A stretch of 54,616 nucleotides of DNA from positions 1 through 54,616 of the IMG/VR virus record IMGVR_UViG_3300027734_000091, one strand, 5' to 3'. The DNA comes from a virus (taxonomy: Duplodnaviria > Caudoviricetes). The notes under the pieces are model-generated. The model ran no database searches. It saw only the letters and a list, made by a program, of their open reading frames with translations, and was not told where the DNA came from. Shown one piece after another: positions 11,001 to 19,737 of the stretch. A program made the translations under genes and the position numbers. Position 1 is the stretch's first letter; the number at the start of each line of letters is the position of its first letter.

Positions 11001-11474
11001 GAAGTTCCTGAAGAAGAGACTGCTGTTGAGGACGAATACGAAACCGAAGAAGAGCCAACAATGGCGTCTGGCGGTACAACACATTACACGTTTGGTCGCG
11101 TGATGAACCCCGCTGATAATCTTGGCTTGGGTCAAGGCATGAAAAAGGGTGGTCTATCACAGGCTCACACTGTTCATAGCCATCACACCAATCCAGTGGT
11201 TAATGAACGTGTGGACTTTCGTAAAGGTTCCGCTGTTAACGGTGCAGGGGACGGTCAGTCTGATGACATCCCAGCATGGTTAGCTGATGGTGAATACGTT
11301 ATGGATGCCGAATTGGTTTCCATGTTAGGTAACGGTTCAAACAAAGCTGGTGCAAAAGTTCTTGATAAATTCCGAGAAGATATTCGCGCTCACAAAAGAA
11401 GCGCACCTCTCGGTAAAATACCACCAAAGGCTAAATCACCTTTGAACTATCTGAAGGAGTCTATGAATGGCTGA
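8088..11474 (+). CDS. Large low-complexity internal virion/ejection protein
   Basis: 1128 aa; basic T/K/P N-half, acidic C-half; C-terminal GDGQSDDIPAWLADGEYV domain. Confidence 0.65.
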   Translation: MARTVRNPLELRTPVRTISSVMRNAPNKRFRPTELDFGDDFGRSDRGDRGDQGGRGGMGFQGDRRSDRGDFSGQDNFGNLTSVTRAPRETISGGAPVSGGVTSPAFRGTTSGGAPVSRGATNQVSRGATTAGGVPASRVQTGTSRAPQAQTNSITSTIKPPATQAGAKTSTAKTTAGTSKTTNALKPAATKTTVAGRTPVAAKTTATKTPIAAKTTSTKAPVAAKTTTTKPVTTIAKPAVTTTKPTTTTTKPTSSLTSALKTAAIGAGTAALVNKLIGSKTGTGTGTGTGTGTVRPTGTPPFVPPKTTPSVLTKPTGVTTRPTGIPNNVVTKPTTTTRPPNIPTMGGGTGVKPGGGTGVKPPTSVVKPPVVPKGSTATAGATGALTDEEIQAELDRVNAEKEENVVPEGAVTNEDGSYSVTEDGMVTTYDKDGNIIGMEAVEDDTSGDNIGGGATDLDTSSADDDAQTTDTTLTTGADTTTMTDLGEGYFADADGNIYGSDGNLMYTVGADGEYVDANASTEDTSTSTIDETTYTDPETGLTWNLGADGEWSQEGFDSSADEDVTTYTDPETGITWNLGADGEWDQEGFDDTSYEDTLLDDTLLDDTSYDDTSYDDYVDDGTDYEEAKGGSIVKKYKRNARRFEDGGFNTLGYGDDEGYSDTGEEVQDFQNVGYNYGEFDDPTLTGYTSTGNRNPVGNTYLRSALAADDGEDIVYPPNPSPFSMPEGWPDGYVDNGDGTATYVDDDGSTITIDADNNIVFTTDSDGNVFNSERGESVSGTYPNERGESVSGDYPLQGITSSGSGNKPSFLAQQERDESVSGRYDKPDQTGILDSLLNAVRDNPGLAGGAVGALIASLMDQAGGSESANPSQPVDISELTSFGPRTTDFGAGMVGGRTGTGSPIVSYSDYSEGGGDEIIDDRLYSDLGISGYLREPDMNNYRDEEGNLTDQSGNLVDEYGYLLDDGSGDYEEEVPEEETAVEDEYETEEEPTMASGGTTHYTFGRVMNPADNLGLGQGMKKGGLSQAHTVHSHHTNPVVNERVDFRKGSAVNGAGDGQSDDIPAWLADGEYVMDAELVSMLGNGSNKAGAKVLDKFREDIRAHKRSAPLGKIPPKAKSPLNYLKESMNG
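9681..9857 (+). repeat. Intragenic duplication with 99-bp period (TTYTDPETGxTWNLGADGEWxQEGFD x2)
   Basis: Copies at 9681-9758 and 9780-9857. Confidence 0.85.
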
Positions 11475-12477
11475 TCTATTTCAAGGCGCGGCACTGCCTG
11501 ACGTAACCACAACTACGCAGACGCAGGACACCGCTCCCGAGTTCTATACCGACTACCTCCAAGACATTGCTAACTTGGGTCAAAGCGCCGTCCAACAGGG
11601 CGGTGTAGCAGGCTTTAGTCCATTGCAACAGCAAGCCCTTCAAATGGCTCCCAACATGGCTTTTGCTGGGACTGGCACATTGGGTCAAGCCAGCCAAATG
11701 ATTACGGGTGCAGGCGGTACACCAACCCCTGAGATTGTTGGCGGGTACATGAACCCTTATCAAGACTATGTAGTCGATGAGATGGGTCGCCTGACACAGC
11801 GCAACGTGCAAGAAAACGTGCTCCCAGCATTGGGTGCGGCGGCAACAGGTACTGGACAGTTTGGCTCACGTCGTCAACAGCAAGTTACTGGAAACACGCT
11901 TAGAGACATTCAGAGCGATTTATTGGGCAGACAGTACCAAGCCCTCAGTGGTGGGTACGACACGGCTACAAAGGCGGCTCAAGCCGATCTACAGCGCCAA
12001 TTGCAGGCTGGTCAAGGTCTTACTACTTTAGGTCAAGAGCAATACCAAACAGGTACGGGTGGTTTGTCTACGCTGTTCAACTTGGGTGCAAACGAGCAGA
12101 AACTAGGTCAAGCCGCATTGGATTACCCAATGATTCAGGCTCAAAACTACGCCAAGTTGTTGCAGGGTCAGAACATCCCCGGCGGGTCAATCAAACAAAC
12201 CGTGGCACCCGGCGCTCAGGGGCAGTTTGGTATTAGCCCATTGGCTCAAATTGGTTCTTTAGGTTCTATCTTGTATTCTTTGTACAACGGTGATCAAAAT
12301 GCCGCCGCTACAACCGCAGTGCAAGCTGGTCAACCAGTTCCAGTTAAAAGAGCGGCAGAGGGCGGTGCTGTGATGATGGCTGATGGTGGCGGTCTACAGG
12401 ACGTTATGCCAAACAATGCCGCATACCACGATGGTCAAGGTAATTATTACGACGAACACGGCTACTTAGTGGGATAA
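11467..12477 (+). CDS. Putative DNA ejection/pilot protein
   Basis: Q/G/A-rich; YMNPYQDYVVD and GQFGSRR motifs typical of podophage DNA-transfer proteins. Confidence 0.6.
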   Translation: MADLFQGAALPDVTTTTQTQDTAPEFYTDYLQDIANLGQSAVQQGGVAGFSPLQQQALQMAPNMAFAGTGTLGQASQMITGAGGTPTPEIVGGYMNPYQDYVVDEMGRLTQRNVQENVLPALGAAATGTGQFGSRRQQQVTGNTLRDIQSDLLGRQYQALSGGYDTATKAAQADLQRQLQAGQGLTTLGQEQYQTGTGGLSTLFNLGANEQKLGQAALDYPMIQAQNYAKLLQGQNIPGGSIKQTVAPGAQGQFGISPLAQIGSLGSILYSLYNGDQNAAATTAVQAGQPVPVKRAAEGGAVMMADGGGLQDVMPNNAAYHDGQGNYYDEHGYLVG

Positions 12478-12480
12478 AAA

Positions 12481-14262
12481 ATGATTGCACAACAACCACA
12501 AGGCGGATTAGGTCAAGTCTCCCAGCCACCACAGGCTAAACCCGCCGCTTTACCGCAAGGAAAACCTGCGCAAAAAACAGATCAAGCCGCTGATGCTGAT
12601 CGAATTGCGGCTGAACAGGTAACCTCTCAGGATGAGCCGTTTGATGTTAATAAAGAAATTACGAACCTGAACAAGGGTCGTATGCAGTTGGATCAGCAGA
12701 TTCAAAAAATGCAAGAGTCTTTAGCCAAGCGTCAGACATTGCCCTATGACCCACGGTTTATGGCGTTAGGTGTTGGCTTGGCTCAACCTACAAAGACGGG
12801 TCAGTTTGTTGAGTCTCTTGGTCAGGGCATGGGTAAGTTCCATGAGGCAACTATTGGTGAAAATGAGCGCCTACAAACAAACGATACACAAAACCTTGAT
12901 CTGATGATGAAGCAACAGCAGTTGCGTCAGAAGTTGGCTGGTTCTGCATATCTTCAAACTATGGGAGGCCCACAGGGTGGTGCTCCACAAGCTGGTGGTA
13001 CTCCGTTAGGCGGACTAGCGGTTCCCGCTGGCGGTACTGGTATGCCTGCTGGTGTTGGTGGTATTCCACCTGTTGGTAGTGCTCCAATGCCGCAGAGCCG
13101 ACCCGGTCTCCCCACCACGGTCACAGGCTTTGCACCCATTGGTCGCAGAGAACTTATTGCTGGTCAACAGATCGGCGACCCAGACACAGAGAAGTTTTTG
13201 TTCAACCTTCAGAAAGCTGAAGTTGAAGCCAAGAAAGCGGCAGATGCTGGCTTCACTGAGGTCACCATTCCTTACAGCGATAAAAAAGTCAGGGTTCGCA
13301 CTGAGGTGGCTGATGGATTTTTTGATGCCGCAAAACAAGCCGCTATTACTGGCAATGAACAAATCTTAATTAAATTCATGGCTGAGAACGGCATGATAAC
13401 GCCTACTAGTAAAAAGAATACGCAAGGTCAGGTTGAGTTTGAAAAACCAAAAACTGCTTTGGAAGAGGCTCAAGAAAGAGAACGTCTGACACAAACCGAA
13501 AAAACTCGTGCAGAGTCCTCAGAAAAATCTGCTGAACAGTTAAAGGCTCGTGCATCTGTTGCGTTTGATAATACTCAAACTGCAAATGACATGATCTCGT
13601 ATGCAAAGAACAACCCAGAGGTGTTCCGACTGCTTAACACTGGCAGTGTTAGAGATGTAGTGTTGCGTGCAATGGGTGCTGGTATTCAGACACCTAGCGG
13701 CTCTATCAGTTTGCCTGTTAACGAACTTAAAAAGATGGGTTTGCGCGACGAGCAGATCGATACTTTGCAAATGTTTGCTCAGTCAGCCGCACAACTCAAT
13801 ATTCAGTTTCGCAAAACCATGCAGGGTCAGGGTCAGATCACAGAGAAAGAAAGCCAACTTGCCGCAGAACTTGGTGCTATGGCAAGCGACAGCGATGTTG
13901 TCATTCGACTCAAATCTGAGTTGCTTATTGAGCGTTCTAAGTTTGATGACAAGTCATACGGTCAGTGGCTTGAGTACCGTAAGACTGGCAAGTCCTACGA
14001 CGAGTACCTGCACTCTGCTGAATACAAGGCGCTCAAAGCTGACTACTCAGACACCCTCAAAAACATTCGCGAGGCTAATGTGGAATTGCTTAGAAAGAAG
14101 CCTAAGCCAGCGGCGGCTCCTGCTACCCCAGCGGCACCTGCAACTCCGAATGCAAGACCACCAGCGGCTACGCCGTTGCCACCTACGGATTCGTCGATCC
14201 CGCCCGGCTACACGAGAGACCCAAAAACTGGCGTGATCCGCAAGAAACGCGAAGGGGAGTGA
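12481..14262 (+). CDS. Putative internal virion/ejection protein
   Basis: 593 aa helical protein with GQGQITEKE motif; lies in the ejection cluster. Confidence 0.55.
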   Translation: MIAQQPQGGLGQVSQPPQAKPAALPQGKPAQKTDQAADADRIAAEQVTSQDEPFDVNKEITNLNKGRMQLDQQIQKMQESLAKRQTLPYDPRFMALGVGLAQPTKTGQFVESLGQGMGKFHEATIGENERLQTNDTQNLDLMMKQQQLRQKLAGSAYLQTMGGPQGGAPQAGGTPLGGLAVPAGGTGMPAGVGGIPPVGSAPMPQSRPGLPTTVTGFAPIGRRELIAGQQIGDPDTEKFLFNLQKAEVEAKKAADAGFTEVTIPYSDKKVRVRTEVADGFFDAAKQAAITGNEQILIKFMAENGMITPTSKKNTQGQVEFEKPKTALEEAQERERLTQTEKTRAESSEKSAEQLKARASVAFDNTQTANDMISYAKNNPEVFRLLNTGSVRDVVLRAMGAGIQTPSGSISLPVNELKKMGLRDEQIDTLQMFAQSAAQLNIQFRKTMQGQGQITEKESQLAAELGAMASDSDVVIRLKSELLIERSKFDDKSYGQWLEYRKTGKSYDEYLHSAEYKALKADYSDTLKNIREANVELLRKKPKPAAAPATPAAPATPNARPPAATPLPPTDSSIPPGYTRDPKTGVIRKKREGE

Positions 14263-14263
14263 T

Positions 14264-16045
14264 ATGGCTAACGACCATGTAAAAATGTTCACCGAAGAGT
14301 ATGGCCCAATTGCCATACAAGTGAGCCAGAAAACAGGTATTGCCCCCTCTGTGCTTTTGGCTCAGTGGGGCATGGAGTCTAACTACGGTCGTAGCCCAGT
14401 TGGTCACTTCAACCTTGGCAACATCAAAGATATGTCTGGTGCTGGCAAAGAAGGCACTGATAACAAAACTGGGTCAAAAGACAAATATGTTAATTTTGAA
14501 AGCCCAGAGGCTTTTGGTGACTACTATTCGCACTTTATTCGTCGCTTGTACCCTAATGCATTGAACTCTGGGGCAGACGTTTCTAAGTACACGCAAGGGT
14601 TAAATACAGGCGTAAAGGGTTCTTATTTTGAAGACTCGCCAGAAGAGTATGAAAACAAAGTGCAAGGTGCTCACAAAGCTACTACTAGTTTTTATAAAGA
14701 CCCAGAAGAGATTCCTATTGTCAAGCCAATGACTGAGGCGGAGCGCATCAAGATGGAGCGCCAAGATGCTGGAACAACTGATGAACCTCCAAAGCAAAAA
14801 CCAAAAGAAACTATTGATCCAGTCACTGGTATGGTTGTGGGTGCTGGTTCATCTGCATTAGGTCAAATTCCTTTTGAACCGCAAATGCCAACAAAAATTG
14901 ACCCATCCAAGGCGCGGGAAAAATATTTAACTGCCAAAGATGCGTCTGAGTTGGCAAGGCGAAACCTACAGAACGCGCTTCCAGAAGGTTCTTCCTATGC
15001 TGAACTAGAAGACGACTTCAAACGCGCACAACGCTTTTTGGACAACGCTAAGAATGAGTACGTTTTGGCTGAAAAAATGGCTAAGATGCCACCACCACCT
15101 ACGCCGCCTGCAATGAATGCTCCAGCGCCTGCTACGGCGGCTCCAGTGTCACGCACAACGCCCGGCGACCCCGGCGCGGTGAACTGGGTTCACTCTATGG
15201 CGGAAGACGTACCAGAAGCTGTTGCCAACAAAGCATTGAACATGAGGGCTGATAACCCTCGCGGCGGACAATTCCTGATTGACCAAGATATGCTGGCGCG
15301 AGAGAAGCAAGCCTCTCTTGGAATGGGTAACTTTGACCTAACTAAAACAACAGGCGGAACGCAGTTGATTTTGCCACCTGAAGAGAGCGCAAAAATTGAA
15401 GGTGAGTTGTCTGCCAGACAAGCTGATGATGCCGCCAAAGAAGCGGCTAGGCTCCAGCAGGCGGAGTACGACCGTTTTGTTGCCGAGCGCGAAGCTGACA
15501 TGGATCGGCGTATGCAACAGCAAAGAATGGATTCATTACGCCAACAACGTGCTATGGCTGGACAACAGTTCCAAGAAGCTAACACCGCAATGAAGACGGC
15601 TGGAACTGCGCAGGCTGGGGTTTCTAAGGCAGAAACAGCAGAAGAGTTAGCGGCGCGTCAATTGGCGCGTACAAAAGGTCAGCCGAGCATGGTGACGCGA
15701 CCCCTTGAGGTTACGGGTGTAAAGGCTGGCAAAGCAGGCATAGCGACTCGTGCAGGAATTGGTGCAATCGGTGGTTTACAAGCCGCTAGGGGTATCAATG
15801 AACTAGCCAATATGCCAATTGCTGAACTACTCAAACAATACCAAGCTGGTGATCGCAGTCCTGAGTTGCTTGCGGCTATCCAGAAAGCGGCTGGCGCTAC
15901 TGCACAAACTGGTTTTGGTGCGGCGGCTACCGTGCCAGTGATTGGCCCTAGAACCGCGAAGATCAAAGGTGCTGGTGCAATCGGTACAGGTTTAATGGGA
16001 GCCTATGAAGGCTACAAGGCGCTGACAGAAAAAGCGCCGCAATGA
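14264..16045 (+). CDS. Ejection protein with N-terminal glucosaminidase/FlgJ-like peptidoglycan hydrolase domain
   Basis: TGIAPSVLLAQWGMESNYG..FNLGNIK resembles the GH73/FlgJ motif; helical C-terminal region. Confidence 0.7.
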   Translation: MANDHVKMFTEEYGPIAIQVSQKTGIAPSVLLAQWGMESNYGRSPVGHFNLGNIKDMSGAGKEGTDNKTGSKDKYVNFESPEAFGDYYSHFIRRLYPNALNSGADVSKYTQGLNTGVKGSYFEDSPEEYENKVQGAHKATTSFYKDPEEIPIVKPMTEAERIKMERQDAGTTDEPPKQKPKETIDPVTGMVVGAGSSALGQIPFEPQMPTKIDPSKAREKYLTAKDASELARRNLQNALPEGSSYAELEDDFKRAQRFLDNAKNEYVLAEKMAKMPPPPTPPAMNAPAPATAAPVSRTTPGDPGAVNWVHSMAEDVPEAVANKALNMRADNPRGGQFLIDQDMLAREKQASLGMGNFDLTKTTGGTQLILPPEESAKIEGELSARQADDAAKEAARLQQAEYDRFVAEREADMDRRMQQQRMDSLRQQRAMAGQQFQEANTAMKTAGTAQAGVSKAETAEELAARQLARTKGQPSMVTRPLEVTGVKAGKAGIATRAGIGAIGGLQAARGINELANMPIAELLKQYQAGDRSPELLAAIQKAAGATAQTGFGAAATVPVIGPRTAKIKGAGAIGTGLMGAYEGYKALTEKAPQ

Positions 16046-16079
16046 TTGCCATTTGAGGAGCAGTTGCCACTCTCCTTTT

Positions 16080-16103
16080 AGCCCCCCTCACAGGGGGCTT
16101 TTT
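16080..16103 (+). terminator. Rho-independent terminator between convergent operons
   Basis: agccccc-ctcaca-gggggct followed by a T run. Confidence 0.8.
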
Positions 16104-16285
16104 TATGCTGAACCACCAGTGTTGTACAGCAATAACTGGGTTTGAAAGAAACTCTCACGAGCCTCCTCAAACCCGTCGTCATAACCTCGTTCGTAAGCCT
16201 CTTCCAAGGCTTTTAGAATTTCGGTCTCTGATTGTGCAAAGCCTTCCCAACTTCTTGGTTCAACTCGCTTACGATCTGTACGCAT
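16103..16285 (-). CDS. Small hypothetical protein (start uncertain)
   Basis: AYERGYDDGF motif common in small phage proteins; overlaps the upstream ORF. Confidence 0.4.
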   Translation of the reverse strand: MRTDRKRVEPRSWEGFAQSETEILKALEEAYERGYDDGFEEARESFFQTQLLLYNTGGSA

Positions 16286-16437
16286 CTTAGGTGCTCCCTC
16301 ATTGCAATCGTAGGCGCTACATATGCTTCAATTTTATGGGCAAACTGAATAATGTCTAATTCTTCTGCATATATTGCGTTTGGCAATTTTTCGTCGCAGT
16401 AAAAATAGACTTGTTTGATTTCTTCTTCGCTTAACAT
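16213..16437 (-). CDS. Hypothetical protein
   Basis: 74-aa ORF with GAGG RBS, in the leftward operon. Confidence 0.6.
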   Translation of the reverse strand: MLSEEEIKQVYFYCDEKLPNAIYAEELDIIQFAHKIEAYVAPTIAMREHLRCVQIVSELNQEVGKALHNQRPKF

Positions 16438-16444
16438 TGATACC

Positions 16445-17221
16445 TCATTGATGTTGATTTTTAAGTTGCCAGAAAGATAGCAGGTGCATGAACATATCGA
16501 ACCCGCGACTCAAGTCCTCGGCTGACCATTCTTTGACGACGACCAGACCTTCGACATTGCGGGACACAAACACGTTCGCACACCGTGCATGGGGGATGCC
16601 TAGACCAACTCGATATGCCGAGAGTTGCATAAGGTGTTCGTCATAGGCGTCGACCTTTGCGGGGTCGGTGAACTCTTTAGTTTTGATGTCAATGACGGCG
16701 TTAAGGGTGCCAGCGCAAAATAGATCGCACTTACCTCCAAAACCCGCCTCGTGTGCAAATGAGCGCTCGGAAATCCAAACGGCTTCTCCGAAGTGCTCAG
16801 TGATGGCTTTGACACAGGCTGTAACACTCTCTTGGTGTCTTCCTGTAGGGGTATCTTCATAATGTCCTTGAATTGATGCATGGATAGCAGTTCCCGCATC
16901 CGCCGCAGATCGACCCTGTTCTTTTGAATCGTTGATGATTCGGTCGATGTATTCCTTTTCAGGTTCGTCTGGGCGGCGAGGAAGGGTTAGCGCGGCAAAC
17001 AGAACTTGTTGTTGCATCCAAGCCAGCAGAGCGGGTTTAGCGGCGACATTGAGCACCGTCGTGACCGAGGGTACCAAGTTCATCTTGCGTGCGTCACGCA
17101 GGGTTGTATTGCGCTGACCGCCCTTAGCGGCTTCAACGGTGTATTGTGGAGCACCCTCGCGGGTGTACCAATGGTTGCTCTCGCTTGCGCGAGGTGTTGA
17201 TACTGTTAGCGTCATTGACAA
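16445..17221 (-). CDS. PD-(D/E)XK exonuclease (lambda-Exo/Cas4-like recombination nuclease)
   Basis: PSVTTVL, GTAIH, E..F, GGKCD, IDIKT and QLSAY motifs. Confidence 0.8.
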   Translation of the reverse strand: MSMTLTVSTPRASESNHWYTREGAPQYTVEAAKGGQRNTTLRDARKMNLVPSVTTVLNVAAKPALLAWMQQQVLFAALTLPRRPDEPEKEYIDRIINDSKEQGRSAADAGTAIHASIQGHYEDTPTGRHQESVTACVKAITEHFGEAVWISERSFAHEAGFGGKCDLFCAGTLNAVIDIKTKEFTDPAKVDAYDEHLMQLSAYRVGLGIPHARCANVFVSRNVEGLVVVKEWSAEDLSRGFDMFMHLLSFWQLKNQHQ

Positions 17222-17230
17222 TCTCCCGTT

Positions 17231-17875
17231 CTAAAAGGGAATGTCAGAATCTATGTCATCAAAACCAGAACTTGGTGCCTGCTTTGGTGTGGGAAGTATT
17301 TTCTTGTTCCACTCAGGAGTGGATTGAATTTTCTCTTTGATCTTGTTTCCAAAGGTCTCAAACAATGCCATGTCTGGGTTCTCTAAATCAAAAATCTTCA
17401 ACTCGTTATGACCTTCTGGCAGACCAGCTTTTTTGATCTGTGAGGACACTGGGTTAATGCTAGAGATGTTGGTGTACTCGTTGCCGTCGTTACCCTGCTC
17501 TTTGACCACAGACAACATAGCCCAAACGCCCAGCACGTTTTTCAGTTGAAACCCGTTGAGTTCGTCAGGTGTGAATGCCCGTGAGCGCCAATTCTCAAGT
17601 TCTTGTCGCAAGACTGCTTTGTCGGCAAGACTGGCGGTAAAGTTCTTGCTGATAGACATTGGCTCACCCTTGTCGGTCACAATCGGTTTGCCATCAGTGT
17701 CCTCGCTGTGAACCTCAAACTGCAACATAACCTTGGCTTGTTCTTTAGAAACACCCTTCCAAGTGGTAATTTGCGTACCCATGTCGACAATACGATAGCA
17801 CCGTGCTAGGTGCATACCAGACGGTACGGGTTTAAAGGTGGATGACCCACCTGATGCTTTCACTGTTAGTCCCAT
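17231..17875 (-). CDS. Putative ssDNA-binding/recombination protein
   Basis: SSB-like acidic tail FDDIDSDIPF; G.HLARCYRIVDMGTQ N-terminus; adjacent to the exonuclease. Confidence 0.7.
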   Translation of the reverse strand: MGLTVKASGGSSTFKPVPSGMHLARCYRIVDMGTQITTWKGVSKEQAKVMLQFEVHSEDTDGKPIVTDKGEPMSISKNFTASLADKAVLRQELENWRSRAFTPDELNGFQLKNVLGVWAMLSVVKEQGNDGNEYTNISSINPVSSQIKKAGLPEGHNELKIFDLENPDMALFETFGNKIKEKIQSTPEWNKKILPTPKQAPSSGFDDIDSDIPF

Positions 17876-18054
17876 TATTCGCTCCTTAAAATTGAAATGG
17901 TCTCTAGTTTCACTGTTTGCGTTTTAGGCACTCCGCATTCACTGCGGATAATGTCCCAGTCAGCCCCTGTAGCAATACCCGCCTCAGCCCTTGCTAGGGC
18001 GTCCTCGAGCATTTGCATTCTTTCAAGCATTGCTTGTTCGTATTCGCTGTCCAT
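17875..18054 (-). CDS. Hypothetical protein, 59 aa (MDSEYEQAMLERMQMLEDALARAEAG...)
   Basis: Read manually; its TAA overlaps the next ATG (TAATG). Confidence 0.6.
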   Translation of the reverse strand: MDSEYEQAMLERMQMLEDALARAEAGIATGADWDIIRSECGVPKTQTVKLETISILRSE

Positions 18055-18070
18055 AATTGTTCATGGTTAG

Positions 18071-18147
18071 GTTAAACACACCACACTGTACCATGTTTAA
18101 CTTGATCGTACAATACTACTTGCACAAATATTTTTATGGTGTAAGAT
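18071..18147. promoter_or_regulatory. Divergent promoters with GTTAAAC/GTTTAAC boxes
   Basis: Leftward TTGTAC-17-TACAGT (18113..18085); rightward TTGCAC-16-TAAGAT (18120-18147). Confidence 0.55.
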
Positions 18148-18173
18148 GACGTTAACTTAACAAAAGGAGTCGC

Positions 18174-18386
18174 ATGACATTAACCGAATATTTCAACGAT
18201 AAACCAAGGGGTGCCAAGGTCGCGTTAGCCAAGACACTAGGCATCAGTAAGACATGGCTATCACTCATCATCAGTGGGCGACACCTGCCTAGCCCTGAAC
18301 TGGCTCGCGACATTGAAGCGAATACTGGCAGAAAAGTGAAGAGGGCTGATCTCAGACCCGACATATTTGGAAAGACAGCGAAATGA
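18174..18386 (+). CDS. Cro/YdaS-like HTH transcriptional regulator
   Basis: LAKTLGISKTWLSLIISG HTH; IEANTGRKVKRADLRPDIF signature; AGGAG RBS. Confidence 0.85.
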   Translation: MTLTEYFNDKPRGAKVALAKTLGISKTWLSLIISGRHLPSPELARDIEANTGRKVKRADLRPDIFGKTAK

Positions 18387-19198
18387 TTTGGTACAAATTC
18401 CACATTGGCGATTACATCTCACACACTATGCATTTAGACGATGCCGAGGACTTGGCGTATCGACGATTGTTGGATTGGTATTACATGAGCGAGAAGCCTT
18501 TGCCATTGGATGTGGCATTGGTATCTCGCCGCATTAGGTTGGACGAAGAAGTTATTGAACCCGTATTAAAAGAATTTTTTGTTAAAACCGAGGAAGGTTA
18601 TCGACACCTTCGTTGCGATGTAGAAATTACCAACTACAACATTCGCGCAGAAACCTCAAGAAGGGTTGGAAAACTGGGCGGGAAAAAGAAGCAGGTAACC
18701 TCTGAGGTAACCCGTGAGGTACCCTTTGAGGTACCCCAGCAGGGTTCGGATGAATCGTTAGGTATTACCGAACCCTTGAAGGTACCTCGAAGCCCCCCTA
18801 AACAGAACAGAACAGATACAGAACAGAACATAACTTTAGATGCTAACGCATCTATGTCGGGAACTTCGTTCCCTCCTTGTCCACACAAAGACTTATTAAA
18901 ACTTTATCAAAAGCATTTACCACACCTAACCCAACCAAGATTGTGGGAAGGCTCTAGGATGACCACCATGCGTTCAAGATGGGTTCAGGCTAGTAAACCA
19001 TCAGAATACTCGCCAAAGGGCTACAACAGCCTTGTAGACGGCTTGGCGTGGTGGGATTCTTTCTTTGGCTACATCGCTGGCGACACAAGCCTTGCAAAAG
19101 GTTTCGAGACTAACGGTAGGAATTGGCAACCAGACTTGGTTTGGATTATCAACCCGACCAACTTTGCAAAAATTATTGATGGGAAATATTCAAAATGA
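18383..19198 (+). CDS. Replication initiator, DUF1376/YdaU-like
   Basis: WYKFHIGDYISHTMHL..EDLAYRRLLDWYY; internal iterons; C-terminal WIINPTNFAKIIDGKY. Confidence 0.8.
   Translation: MIWYKFHIGDYISHTMHLDDAEDLAYRRLLDWYYMSEKPLPLDVALVSRRIRLDEEVIEPVLKEFFVKTEEGYRHLRCDVEITNYNIRAETSRRVGKLGGKKKQVTSEVTREVPFEVPQQGSDESLGITEPLKVPRSPPKQNRTDTEQNITLDANASMSGTSFPPCPHKDLLKLYQKHLPHLTQPRLWEGSRMTTMRSRWVQASKPSEYSPKGYNSLVDGLAWWDSFFGYIAGDTSLAKGFETNGRNWQPDLVWIINPTNFAKIIDGKYSK
18693..18790. repeat. Iteron array (AGGTA(A)CC), probable replication origin inside the initiator gene
   Basis: aggtaacc-tctg-aggtaacc-cgtg-aggtacc-ctttg-aggtacc-ccagc-agggttcgg, then an inverted ccgaaccct..aggtacct; lambda O-like arrangement. 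Confidence 0.7.
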
Positions 19199-19389
19199 CA
19201 TTTGCTAAACCAGACAAAAAGAGTGACGACTTTGATGATGACTCGCATCGGTACTGCTCGTACCCCGGTTGTCAAAACCTGTGGTCGGTCAGGATCGACA
19301 GGCAGTTATGTAGTCGCCATGCTTGGGGTGACAACCAACCTAAACGACCGATTCCCCAAAATTACTACGAAAAAGATACGGATTTTTGA
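19195..19389 (+). CDS. Small Cys/His protein (putative Zn-binding)
   Basis: CSYPGC...LCSRH; ATGA coupling to the initiator gene. Confidence 0.55.
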   Translation: MTFAKPDKKSDDFDDDSHRYCSYPGCQNLWSVRIDRQLCSRHAWGDNQPKRPIPQNYYEKDTDF

Positions 19390-19502
19390 TGAACTTTTTT
19401 GATGCAAAGAAACTGCTGGATGAAGTGAAGGAGGGGATACAACACCCCCTGCACAAGATCACGCTGGCTCTACAACTAACTGGCGACTTAGACTTTGAAT
19501 GA
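19389..19502 (+). CDS. Hypothetical 37-aa protein
   Basis: TGATG coupling; MNFFDAKKLLDEVKEG...ALQLTGDL. Confidence 0.45.
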   Translation: MNFFDAKKLLDEVKEGIQHPLHKITLALQLTGDLDFE

Positions 19503-19737
19503 GAAGAAAGAAGGTCAAGGAGTCGATGAACATCGCCACCGTTGTCTCGTTCGGTGGGTCATCACAAAGCGCATCCAAGATCGTGCTGGTGCAATCGAGT
19601 GGCTTGAGGGTTACCGTGACCACAATGGGAAGAATCACAGAGGATGGAACAACATTCATCCCAAGTCTAGACTTGAAGAGGATGTTAAGAATCAATGGAA
19701 CAAAGGTAACAGAGGAAATGAAGGCGAATGGAAATGA
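19495..19737 (+). CDS. Hypothetical protein
   Basis: HRHRCLVRW...QWNKGNRG..GEW; fills the operon gap. Confidence 0.55.
   Translation: MNEKKEGQGVDEHRHRCLVRWVITKRIQDRAGAIEWLEGYRDHNGKNHRGWNNIHPKSRLEEDVKNQWNKGNRGNEGEWK

Noticed and set aside
16445-17221. Cas4 / CRISPR-associated function
   Set aside because: PD-(D/E)XK fold next to an SSB-like gene, lacking the four-Cys Fe-S pattern; best read as an ordinary recombination exonuclease.
18801-18830. aacag/acagaa microrepeat as a separate element
   Set aside because: It encodes the low-complexity linker of the initiator; at most the A-rich flank of the origin.
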